A DNA stretch of 63,072 nucleotides, filler included, from Anaerolineae bacterium (lineage in GTDB: Bacteria; Chloroflexota; Anaerolineae; Epilineales; Epilineaceae): assembly GCA_029262755.1 (NCBI GenBank). It is 5 parts of 5 records of this genome, joined end to end, with 100 filler letters (N's around TTAATTAATTAA, not from the genome) between each part and the next. Parts side by side here need not be neighbours in the genome. Positions count along the whole stretch, not along the records: positions 1 to 17,871 come from JAJCYU010000148.1; 4 more parts are not named here. One strand, given 5' to 3'. The position numbers were made by a program, and so were the translations under genes. Each line of letters opens with the position of its first letter. Positions within the stretch are counted from its first letter, which is position 1. The notes below the pieces were generated by a model. The model searched no databases, had not been told where the DNA came from, and was given only the letters and a program-made list of their open reading frames with translations. This document shows, piece after piece, positions 1-8,291 of the stretch.

Positions 1-1
1 G

Positions 2-1114
2 ACGGACGCGCCGTGGGTGGCATTGCTCAACAACGACACGGTGCCCGATCCCGATTGGGTGCACGCGCTCGTCCACGCCGCGGCGGATGACCCGCGGGTC
101 GCAGCCGTCGCGAGCCGGATGTCCTTTATGGATGCGCCGGAGGTGATCAACTCGGCCGGTATCGCGCTCGACCCGACGGGCATCGCGTGGGACCGTCTCG
201 GCGGCGCGCCGGACAATGCGGGCGATGCGCCGGCGGCCGTGTTCGGTGCATCGGCCGGCGCCGCCTTGTACCGGCGCCGTGCGCTAGAGGATGTGGCGGG
301 CATCGGCTGCGGCCCGCCCGATCCCCGTGTCGACGAGGCGCTCGAGCAAGCGAAGGGTCGCCCGGCCGAGCACGGGATCGAGCAAGGGAAGGGTCGCGCG
401 GTCGCACCTGTAGGCGCACCGATAGGCGAGCCCGAAGGCGAACCCGTCGTCGAACCCGCAGGCGTATCTGCAGCCACAGCGGCAGGCTCACCCTCAGTGG
501 AACCGCCTCTCGATCCCGCGGTCGATCCTGCGGTCGAACCACAGCCGGCCACCGAACTCGCGCGGGGAAGGGAGCGCACGCCATTTGCGACGCCCGCGGT
601 GCCGGAGCATCGGCAGCCGGACCCGTACGCGATGGCGTTTGTCCGCCCCGTATTCGATCCGCGCTTCTTCATGTACCTAGAGGACGTGGACCTGGCTTGG
701 CGTTTGCGCCTGGCCGGCTGGCACGCCGTTTACGCGCCTGGCGCGCGCGTGCTGCATGCGGCGAGCGCGACAGCTGGGGAGGGTTCGCCCTTCAAGAACA
801 GGCTGTTAGCGCGCAACAAGGTGTGGACGGTCATCAAGAACTACCCGAGCGTTGGGTTGCTGCGGTGGGGGCCGGCCGTGTTGGGCTACGACATCGCCAG
901 CGCACCGTATCGGCTGCTGCTCGGCGGACAGACGGCGGCGCTGGCCGGCCGCGCGGACGCCTGGCGCGATGCGCGTGGGCCGTGGCGCGCGCGCCGCGAG
1001 ATCCAGGCCCGCCGCCGCGCATCGTGGCCCGAGATTCGCGCCGCGATGGCGCCCTTCGAGCTGCCGTGGAACGTCGCCGCGCGCTACCGTCATCTGCGGC
1101 CTGTGATAGACTGA
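2..1114 (+). CDS. Family 2 glycosyltransferase (5'-truncated) with internal low-complexity insertion
   Basis: LLNND, GAAALYRR and FDPRFFMYLEDVDLAWRLRLAGW motifs typical of GT2; frame open to the window start. Confidence 0.85.
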   Translation, partial: TDAPWVALLNNDTVPDPDWVHALVHAAADDPRVAAVASRMSFMDAPEVINSAGIALDPTGIAWDRLGGAPDNAGDAPAAVFGASAGAALYRRRALEDVAGIGCGPPDPRVDEALEQAKGRPAEHGIEQGKGRAVAPVGAPIGEPEGEPVVEPAGVSAATAAGSPSVEPPLDPAVDPAVEPQPATELARGRERTPFATPAVPEHRQPDPYAMAFVRPVFDPRFFMYLEDVDLAWRLRLAGWHAVYAPGARVLHAASATAGEGSPFKNRLLARNKVWTVIKNYPSVGLLRWGPAVLGYDIASAPYRLLLGGQTAALAGRADAWRDARGPWRARREIQARRRASWPEIRAAMAPFELPWNVAARYRHLRPVID

Positions 1115-1187
1115 AGGTCATAGCAATCGTTCTGACGCGCCGGCCATTGCGGCCGGCGTTGCGCGTCCTAGGAGGCCCCACACGATC

Positions 1188-2108
1188 ATGCCTACGACCC
1201 TGCCACCCGAGCGGCGATCCCGCGGCGAGCAGCGCCACGACCGGAGCACGACGATCGCGGGATTGTCGCCGGATCGAAGGCGCGAGGTGGATGTTGCCCG
1301 TACCGTGGCGACGGAGGCCGGCCAAGTGCTCGTCGCGGCGTCGAAGAACGTGGTTGTCGAGCGCAAGGCGGACGGCACGCCCGTCACGGAAGCCGATCGG
1401 CGCGTCGATCTATTGATCCGCGAACGGTTGAGCGTGGCGTTTCCCGGCGACGAGCTGCTGAGCGAAGAGGCGGGCACCAGCTACAAGGGTGGGCGCAGGG
1501 TGTGGGTCATCGACCCGCTCGATGGGACCGCGAACTTCGCAGCGGGCGTGCCCTTATGGGGCGTCACGATGGCGTTGGTTTCCGATGGCAGGCCGGTGGT
1601 CGGGGTGAGCGTGTTTCCCAAGCTGGGCATGCACTTCAGCGCGGTCGCGGGCAAAGGTGCATGGCTGGGCGAGAGACGCCTGTGGACGCAAGATCGCGGC
1701 GATTACGGTGCGGACGATCTGATTGCGCTGTGCTCCCGCACACCGAGCCGCTATGCGTTGGACTTGCAGGCGCGGCGCCGGGTGCTCGGCTCGGCGGCGC
1801 TGAACTTCGCGCTCGTGGCGTCGGGCACATTTCGAGCCAGCATCGCTTCGACCGCGCGGCTTTGGGACCTGGCGGCAGGCTGGTTGATCGTCGAAGAAGC
1901 GCGCGGTCTGGTGAACGTACTGGACGGGCCCGCCCCGTGGCCGTTGCAGACCGGCGAGTACGGCGCGCTTGGCTACCCGACCCTGGCGGCCGCGACACCG
2001 GAGATCTTTGCACAGACCCGCATGCGCGTGCGTTCCCACCCGGGCCGCGCCGTTGTCGACGAGGTCGCGGCGGACTCGGTGCCGGAGCCCATTCGCGAAT
2101 GGGGATGA
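1188..2108 (+). CDS. Inositol monophosphatase family protein
   Basis: VTEADR, LSEE, WVIDPLDGTANF, GSAAL and WDLAAG motifs; AGGAGG upstream. Confidence 0.9.
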   Translation: MPTTLPPERRSRGEQRHDRSTTIAGLSPDRRREVDVARTVATEAGQVLVAASKNVVVERKADGTPVTEADRRVDLLIRERLSVAFPGDELLSEEAGTSYKGGRRVWVIDPLDGTANFAAGVPLWGVTMALVSDGRPVVGVSVFPKLGMHFSAVAGKGAWLGERRLWTQDRGDYGADDLIALCSRTPSRYALDLQARRRVLGSAALNFALVASGTFRASIASTARLWDLAAGWLIVEEARGLVNVLDGPAPWPLQTGEYGALGYPTLAAATPEIFAQTRMRVRSHPGRAVVDEVAADSVPEPIREWG

Positions 2109-2234
2109 GGGTCGGCCGCGAGAATTCGTAGCCGCGGATGCCCACGTGTTCGAAGCCTACAGGCTCCGTGCAGCCGCATAGGATGGTCCGGTTCAGGACC
2201 GAGAGTCAGATTCAGGGAACCTCGGGGGCGACGA

Positions 2235-2801
2235 CTACGGTTCGGCGCGCCGCCATTGCTCGCCGCGTAGCTCGTAGTAGCGGACCGTTGTTTGCCCCGG
2301 GTTGCCGGGGGTCGAGACGTTGACCGTGGCCTGGATGCGCCGGCCTTTCTCGACGGGCAACAGGTCAATGACGCTTGCTGTCCACGGGCGCGGCGCGTTG
2401 GTGATGAAATCGAAGACCTGGGCCGATTTCCATTCAATGGACGAGTAGGGATCGAGCGTGGATTCGTAGATCTCGCGGTCGCCCTCCCGCCAGGCGAGCT
2501 CCTCGAGCGCAATTGTCCCTTCCACGCCGTGGACGACGAAGCCACGGGCTTCCGACCACCGGCCGACGTAGAAGCCGATGGCGCCGGCGGCGGCGAGCAA
2601 GACGAGGCCGCCGAGCAGTCGCGTGAACAGGCGGCTGCCGGCGTCGCGTCCGGAACGTGATCCCCTGCCGGAGCCATCGTCGTCCGTGCCGGCGCGCCCG
2701 CTGAAAACATCCGCGTGAGCCTCGAGTTCCGGATCGGTCGCCGCGCTCAGATCCGAAGCCTTGCCTCCGCTACCGAGTCGCCAGTCGAGACGTGTGGGCA
2801 C
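2235..2801 (-). CDS. Hypothetical single-pass membrane protein
   Basis: Hydrophobic LLGGLVLLAAAGAIGFYVG followed by a globular-looking domain; GTG at 2801 chosen because it follows the upstream stop at 2806. Confidence 0.55.
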   Translation of the reverse strand: MPTRLDWRLGSGGKASDLSAATDPELEAHADVFSGRAGTDDDGSGRGSRSGRDAGSRLFTRLLGGLVLLAAAGAIGFYVGRWSEARGFVVHGVEGTIALEELAWREGDREIYESTLDPYSSIEWKSAQVFDFITNAPRPWTASVIDLLPVEKGRRIQATVNVSTPGNPGQTTVRYYELRGEQWRRAEP

Positions 2802-2805
2802 GGTA

Positions 2806-3567
2806 TCAGTCCTTCGCGCGGCGGGAGCCGGCGCCCGCAAAAGACATGCCCGACAAGGCGCGGGAGGCCAAGACACCGATGGCTACGCCGACCAAGAGGA
2901 AGAGCAGTCCTCGTCCCCAGTCGGGCAGAAACTGAAGCGTCAGCCAGTAGACGAAGCGCGGAAAGCGGAACGTCTGGTAGATTGCCTGAAGGAAGTAGGC
3001 GATAGCCAGCGCGATCGCGGTGCCGGCAAGGACGACGAGGCCGAGGATGCGCCCGAGATCGCCGCGCGTCGGCATAACGACGGTGGCGGTGCCGGGGCTC
3101 GCCGTGGGGCCAAAGGGAATCGGACCCAGCTCCTTCGCTTCGTACGCCTCGGCTGCGGCGTAGCGCAGCGCCGTCTCCAGGTCCGCTGCGGCGGGCACGT
3201 GCTTGCCCAGCAGGGCAGCACCCGGCTGGGCGCGCAGGCCGGCCAGGCCGTCCGCGTCCACAACCAGCATCGGACGGCATCCGGCCGCGTCCGCAGCCGC
3301 GGCCAACGCGGCGTCGCCCGTGACGACGACGATCTGACCGGCCTCGACGCCTTGCTCTCCAGCCCGTTGGACGGCTGCCTGAAGCGCGAGCGGCGTGCTG
3401 GTCTCGGAGATCATCGCCACGCTGGTCCAACCCTTGGGCTGAGCCCGCTCGTCATCGGGGCGACCAAGCAAGCGCGTGGTGAGGCCGGCAGCCGTAACGC
3501 CGTCCAGCATGGCGGCACGGTCCGTATCGTCTGGGAGCACTCCCACGTCAATCCAGAGCATCTTCAT
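2806..3567 (-). CDS. Degenerate HAD-like domain fused to two C-terminal TM helices
   Basis: N-terminal LWIDVGVL resembles HAD motif I; VVVTGD...AADAAGC resembles motif IV; two hydrophobic helices at the C-terminus. Confidence 0.5.
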   Translation of the reverse strand: MKMLWIDVGVLPDDTDRAAMLDGVTAAGLTTRLLGRPDDERAQPKGWTSVAMISETSTPLALQAAVQRAGEQGVEAGQIVVVTGDAALAAAADAAGCRPMLVVDADGLAGLRAQPGAALLGKHVPAAADLETALRYAAAEAYEAKELGPIPFGPTASPGTATVVMPTRGDLGRILGLVVLAGTAIALAIAYFLQAIYQTFRFPRFVYWLTLQFLPDWGRGLLFLLVGVAIGVLASRALSGMSFAGAGSRRAKD

Positions 3568-3902
3568 GGCGCGAAGGATACCATGGGCTGAAGGGTGGCG
3601 TGGCCTACGACTGCCGACTACACTACCGGATGCGCAGCCCGAACATCGTTAGGGCTTGTCCAAGAAGAACCGAACAACGTCGGGTACCGCTGCCGCCGCA
3701 ACAGGGGCCTGCAGTTCCTCAGCAATAGCGCTGGAATCACCTCGTCTCAGTTGAGCCTTGACGCGGCGCTTCGGCACCATTGTTCGGTGTCTTTCGAATA
3801 GGACGAGCCCTGTGCACAGCCCAGGCGGCCGTCGCTACCGCCGCACCGCTGCACGGTGTTGTAGGACCCCGAGCGCCGCGACGCACGTTGGCTGGAGGCG
3901 TG

Positions 3903-6014
3903 TTGGACACCGAAAACGGACTCCCTCCCCACGGAGTCACCGAAGTGCCCGGCGCCCTTCCCGAAGGGTTGCCAAGGGCTCGCATTGCCCTCGACGGGTA
4001 CGGCGTGATCGCCTCGAACGGCGCCTTCGCCGAACTCGTCGGCCGCACGACCGACGACGTCCTCGGCCTACCGGTCCACGAGTTGTGGCCGATACGTGAG
4101 CGACCCGCCATTGCCGAACGGCTCGAGGACGTCGTGATCCTCGGCTATGACGCAATCGGCGCACTGGCCTTGTCCGCGGTGGACGCCGATCCCGTCTGGG
4201 TGGAGATCGAGGCGCGCTATGCCTGGCGCGGCGGCGAGCGCCTTGAGCTTGCACTACGCATTGTGGATCAGCCCCCGGAAGGTAGTCCGCTGATCGGCCG
4301 GGCGCGGCCCAACGGCGCCGGCCCGACGATCGACGGCACTATCGATCCCGAGACGGATCAAGACAGCGTGGGCAGCGAAGCGGAAGCGGAGCGTGCGGTC
4401 GACGTGGATCGCGGGTCCGACGCCGATGGTTCGACCTGGGTCGATCGCGAACCCGACGTGGACGGCGAGCCCGATGGCGAGGACGCAACCGAGGTTGATC
4501 GCGAAACGGTCGTCGGTGCCGACCCAGAGGAGGATTCGGCCGCCGCCGGCGATGCCGCCGGGGCCTTCAGGCCGAGCATGGTCCTCGATCCGGACGGCTT
4601 CGACCCGAGCACGATGGTCGATCCCGGCGCCACCGTCGATCCGGCCTTGACCGTCGACGCGACCACCGACGACGGCACCGACGTGCAGGTCGAAGCCGAG
4701 CCCTTCGGTGATGGGAGCGCGGACGAAGAACAGAAGCTGGACGAGGTCCCGGAAGCGCAAGAGTATGCGGGAAACGGGTGGGGTGTCGGCGTCGGCAGAG
4801 GTCCTGCGATCGCGCCTGCGCAGTCCGCGATGCCTGCGGAATCGACCACGCCTGAGGAACACGATGGCAACCCGGGCTCGGTTGGGCGCGAAGGCGATCC
4901 GGATGGGCCGACCTTCGTGCCCGTTCCGAAGACCTGGTTCCTCGACGAGGTGCCGCCCGAGGTGCGCTGCGGCATCAACGTCAGCGACGCGGCCGGCGTG
5001 GCCGTACTGGCGTTGACCGCGTCCTGGCGCGTTGAGGCCGCGTCGAGCGAGGCAGTGCGTTTGTGCGGCGTGCAGTGGGCTTCAGAGGAAGGCGACGAGG
5101 GGCCCGCGCTCGAGGCGTGGATCGGGATGGCCTCCAGGGCGAAGGAGAGCATGGAGCTCGCGCGACGTGACGGACGGCGTCAGACGGCGCACGCCGTGGC
5201 CCGTGTGGACGATCGGGATCTGGTGGTCGAATGGGTGCCGGGCGGTCAACCGGGGCGCGGATGGATGGTGCTCAGCGAGCTGCCGGGCGAAGACCCGACC
5301 ACGGCGCGCATCCTTCTTGCGGAACTGCACGTGTACCACATCGCGCACGACGCGAAAAACCAGCTGGCGGAGATCTACGAAGGACTGGAGTCCATGGCGC
5401 GCGAACTCGAACGTGTCGGTAAGGAGGGCGAAGCGCAGGTCGAGACTGCGCATGACCTTCGGGAACGTCTCGTCGAAGACCTGAGCCTGACACGCGCCGC
5501 CTGTGCCTCGGCGATCGAGGTTATCGACGATGTACACGAGGAGACGGAGGCGGCCCAGGGCCGCTTGCGCGACCTCGACCTCGGCGCTCTGGTGAGCCAG
5601 ACCCTCATGCGCTATGCCCCCCGTACGGAGGCGCGGGCCGTCACCGTGGAGCAGGAGCTCGCCGCCGAGCGGTGGGTGCGCGCCGATCGGGCTCGTCTGC
5701 GGCGCGTGCTAACCAACCTTTTTGACAACGCGCTGCGGGCAATGCCGGAAGGCGGACGTCTGTCCGTGACGCTACGCGACGAGGATCACGAGCGCCCCGG
5801 GGTGCTGATGCAGATTGCCGATACGGGCGTCGGCATTTCGGCGGAGAGGCTGGAGCGTATCTTCCTGCCCGGCGACTCCACGGCCGTAGGCGGCAAGGGT
5901 CGCGGGGTTGGCATCGTTCGACGCTTCGTGCTCGATCACGGCGGCGAGATCCGCTGCGAGAGCACAGAAGGTGAAGGCACAACCTTCCACATCTGGTTGC
6001 CCCGCATCGTCTGA
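3903..6014 (+). CDS. Cytoplasmic PAS-domain sensor histidine kinase with long acidic linker
   Basis: H-box IAHDAKNQL, N-box LTNLFDNA, G1 IADTGVGI, G2 GKGRGVGIV; PAS-like N-terminus; start uncertain (3780-3903), GGAGG at 3894-3898. Confidence 0.9.
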   Translation: MDTENGLPPHGVTEVPGALPEGLPRARIALDGYGVIASNGAFAELVGRTTDDVLGLPVHELWPIRERPAIAERLEDVVILGYDAIGALALSAVDADPVWVEIEARYAWRGGERLELALRIVDQPPEGSPLIGRARPNGAGPTIDGTIDPETDQDSVGSEAEAERAVDVDRGSDADGSTWVDREPDVDGEPDGEDATEVDRETVVGADPEEDSAAAGDAAGAFRPSMVLDPDGFDPSTMVDPGATVDPALTVDATTDDGTDVQVEAEPFGDGSADEEQKLDEVPEAQEYAGNGWGVGVGRGPAIAPAQSAMPAESTTPEEHDGNPGSVGREGDPDGPTFVPVPKTWFLDEVPPEVRCGINVSDAAGVAVLALTASWRVEAASSEAVRLCGVQWASEEGDEGPALEAWIGMASRAKESMELARRDGRRQTAHAVARVDDRDLVVEWVPGGQPGRGWMVLSELPGEDPTTARILLAELHVYHIAHDAKNQLAEIYEGLESMARELERVGKEGEAQVETAHDLRERLVEDLSLTRAACASAIEVIDDVHEETEAAQGRLRDLDLGALVSQTLMRYAPRTEARAVTVEQELAAERWVRADRARLRRVLTNLFDNALRAMPEGGRLSVTLRDEDHERPGVLMQIADTGVGISAERLERIFLPGDSTAVGGKGRGVGIVRRFVLDHGGEIRCESTEGEGTTFHIWLPRIV

Positions 6015-6063
6015 CTGAAGTCTATCTTGCCCACCGGAACCCCATAGGCAGGGAGGTGTGACC

Positions 6064-7641
6064 ATGAGCGACCCCACGATCGTCCGCTTCGACTCCATGA
6101 TCCCCGCAGAGCCCGCCCCCGAGCAGACCAACGGCTCGCCGCCGCCGCAGCCCGAACCGACCGTACGCGGACGCGTGCTCGTCGTCGAAGACGGGCCATT
6201 GCTGCGCAAGCGAATGGTGGGCTTGCTGAGCGAAGCGGGCTACGAGGTGCTCACCGCGACGGACGAGCCTTCCGGACGCGCCGTGATCGAGAGCCGGCCG
6301 CTCGACCTGGTTTTCCTCGACCTCGGCCTTGCAGGAGATCCCGACGATCTGGCGCTCGAATCACGCGGCGGTGTGCGCCTGTTTCGTTTGTTGCGCGAGG
6401 TGGCCGCGGGCGTCCCTGTTGTGATCGTCACCGCGGATGCGACGGCGGCCAGCGCGGTTGAGTTGCTGCAAGCCGGGGCCTTCCACTACCTCAACAAGCC
6501 CGTGGACCCGCAGCTCGTGCTGCAACTGGCCGCAGTCGGTGTCGAACTCGGCCGCTCCCGCCGCAGCCAGGAGGCGCGCGAGCTGGTGTCCGGACGGGAG
6601 CGCACCGGGTGGTTGGTCGGCCCCACCGCACGCATGAAGGAGGCCGCACGCCTGGTGGCCCTCTTCGCGCCAACGTCGGATAGCCTGTTGATCCAAGGGG
6701 AGACCGGCACGGGCAAGGACGTGGTCGCGCGCGAGATACATCGGCGCTCGAAGCGGGCGGACGGGCCCTTTATCGCGGTCAACTGCGCGGCGCTAGCCAA
6801 GGACCTGCTCGAGAGCGAGCTCTTCGGTCATGAGAAGGGCGCGTTCACGGGGGCGGTTGCACGCAAGCGCGGCCGGCTTGAGCTGGCCGACGGCGGCACG
6901 CTCTTCCTCGACGAGCTGACGTCCATGGACGCGGGCTTGCAGGCTAAGCTGCTGCGCGCATTGCAGGACATGACCTTCATGCGCGTCGGCGGCGAGCGCG
7001 AGATCCGGGTCGACGTGCGGGTGATCGCCGCGTCCAACCGCGACGTGCAGGAAGCCATCGATGCGGGCGACTTCCGCTCCGATCTCTACTACCGGATCTG
7101 CGTGGTGAACATCGACCTCGCACCGCTGCGGCACCGGGTCGAGGACGTGGCGACGTTGGCGGGAATCTTCATCACCGAACGCCGCGTCAACTCCGGGCTC
7201 GATGTCTCCGGCCTCACGGAACGTGCGGCGCTCGCCTTGGGCGGCTACGCGTGGCCCGGAAACATCCGAGAGCTAAAGAACGTGATCGAGCGTGCCACGG
7301 TCATGGCCGTGGCATCGGGCAGCACCTATATCGACATCGAGCACCTGCCGTCCGATATCGGGGCGGTCTATGCGGCGCCGCTCGCCCCAGCATCGGGTGG
7401 GACGAACGAGCAGGACGGCGAGGGAGCGCTCTCGCGGGACCTGCCGCCCGAGGGGATCGACCTCCTTTCCGTGCGCGATGCATGGGAGGCACGCATGATG
7501 CGCCAGGCCTTGGCGCGCCCTGGTGCCACGCAGGCCAGCGCTGCTCGCTTGCTTCAACTTTCGCGCGACATGTTTCGCAGCCGCATGGCCAAGTTCGGCA
7601 TCGACGGGGACGGTCGCGGAGGCCACGACGAGCCGGCGTGA
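6064..7641 (+). CDS. Sigma54-dependent response regulator (NtrC family, REC-AAA+-HTH)
   Basis: Receiver VLVVED...FLDLGL...KP; Walker A GETGTGKD; ESELFGHEKGAFTGA; LFLDE; WPGNIRELKN; C-terminal Fis-like HTH. Confidence 0.95.
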   Translation: MSDPTIVRFDSMIPAEPAPEQTNGSPPPQPEPTVRGRVLVVEDGPLLRKRMVGLLSEAGYEVLTATDEPSGRAVIESRPLDLVFLDLGLAGDPDDLALESRGGVRLFRLLREVAAGVPVVIVTADATAASAVELLQAGAFHYLNKPVDPQLVLQLAAVGVELGRSRRSQEARELVSGRERTGWLVGPTARMKEAARLVALFAPTSDSLLIQGETGTGKDVVAREIHRRSKRADGPFIAVNCAALAKDLLESELFGHEKGAFTGAVARKRGRLELADGGTLFLDELTSMDAGLQAKLLRALQDMTFMRVGGEREIRVDVRVIAASNRDVQEAIDAGDFRSDLYYRICVVNIDLAPLRHRVEDVATLAGIFITERRVNSGLDVSGLTERAALALGGYAWPGNIRELKNVIERATVMAVASGSTYIDIEHLPSDIGAVYAAPLAPASGGTNEQDGEGALSRDLPPEGIDLLSVRDAWEARMMRQALARPGATQASAARLLQLSRDMFRSRMAKFGIDGDGRGGHDEPA

Positions 7642-7669
7642 CGTGGACGCGTTCGGCGGCGCAGGCGCG

Positions 7670-7705
7670 TGGGGCAAATCCCCGCGCGGTGGGGATAGCC
7701 GCCCG
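7670..7705. promoter_or_regulatory. Candidate upstream activator sequence (enhancer) for the adjacent bEBP
   Basis: Dyad ATCCCC-N7-GGGGAT within two similar TGGGG-N-CCC units, roughly 80-110 nt upstream of the -24/-12 element. Confidence 0.4.
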
Positions 7706-7779
7706 CCGTTGACCCGTTTTTCGCGTAGGTGAATCTCCGCGATAGCCCGTACTTCCGCGCCATTCTGAAAGCCGTGAGG

Positions 7780-7796
7780 CTGGCATGGCCCTTGCA
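7780..7796 (+). promoter_or_regulatory. Sigma54 (-24/-12) promoter
   Basis: CTGGCATGGCCCTTGCA: GG (7782-83), N10, GC (7794-95); matches TGGCAC-N5-TTGCW apart from one base; intergenic and directly downstream of a bEBP gene. Confidence 0.75.
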
Positions 7797-7850
7797 TTCC
7801 TCGCTCGTGACGCGGGATGCGTCACCGTCGAGACCGCAGGGGAGGAACCG

Positions 7851-8171
7851 GTGTCACCCGATCTGACGACCCACATTCGAGGCGGCATGGCGTTGGCGCT
7901 CTTTGCGCTCGGCCTGCTCTCCTGTTCGGCAGGCCTCTGGACCATCTTGTCACGCGAGTACCAACGAAGCCTGAAAGGCATTGCCGCGCAATCCAACCGG
8001 CTGCACGCCCGCTCGCTCACGGAAGTCGGGCTCGTTCCGATCCTCGACGCGTCGGCGCGCCTCGTCGAGGCAACCACGCAGATGATTCGCACCGCCATGG
8101 GCATCGGCGCATTCCTGTGCTTGATCGGCCTCGCCATGACCTCCATCGCCCTCTGGGTGTTGCTCGTCTAG
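7851..8171 (+). CDS. Small two-TM hypothetical protein
   Basis: GTG at 7851 after GGGGAGGA; two hydrophobic helices flanking an amphipathic segment. The track start at 7785 lies inside the promoter and is unlikely. Confidence 0.75.
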   Translation: MSPDLTTHIRGGMALALFALGLLSCSAGLWTILSREYQRSLKGIAAQSNRLHARSLTEVGLVPILDASARLVEATTQMIRTAMGIGAFLCLIGLAMTSIALWVLLV

Positions 8172-8291
8172 TACTTCGTCAAGCCTGCATTTGCGGGCTC
8201 GGCCGCCGCAGCATCCGCCGCTGCGGAACGCAATCCCTTGACGCAATCCCCTCTTCGCGCCCTCCACCACCAGGTCTCCAGGAGCGACGGC

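Noticed and set aside
300..650. Intein in the GT2 gene
   Set aside because: No His-Asn splice end or Hint-like sequence; the insert is low-complexity.
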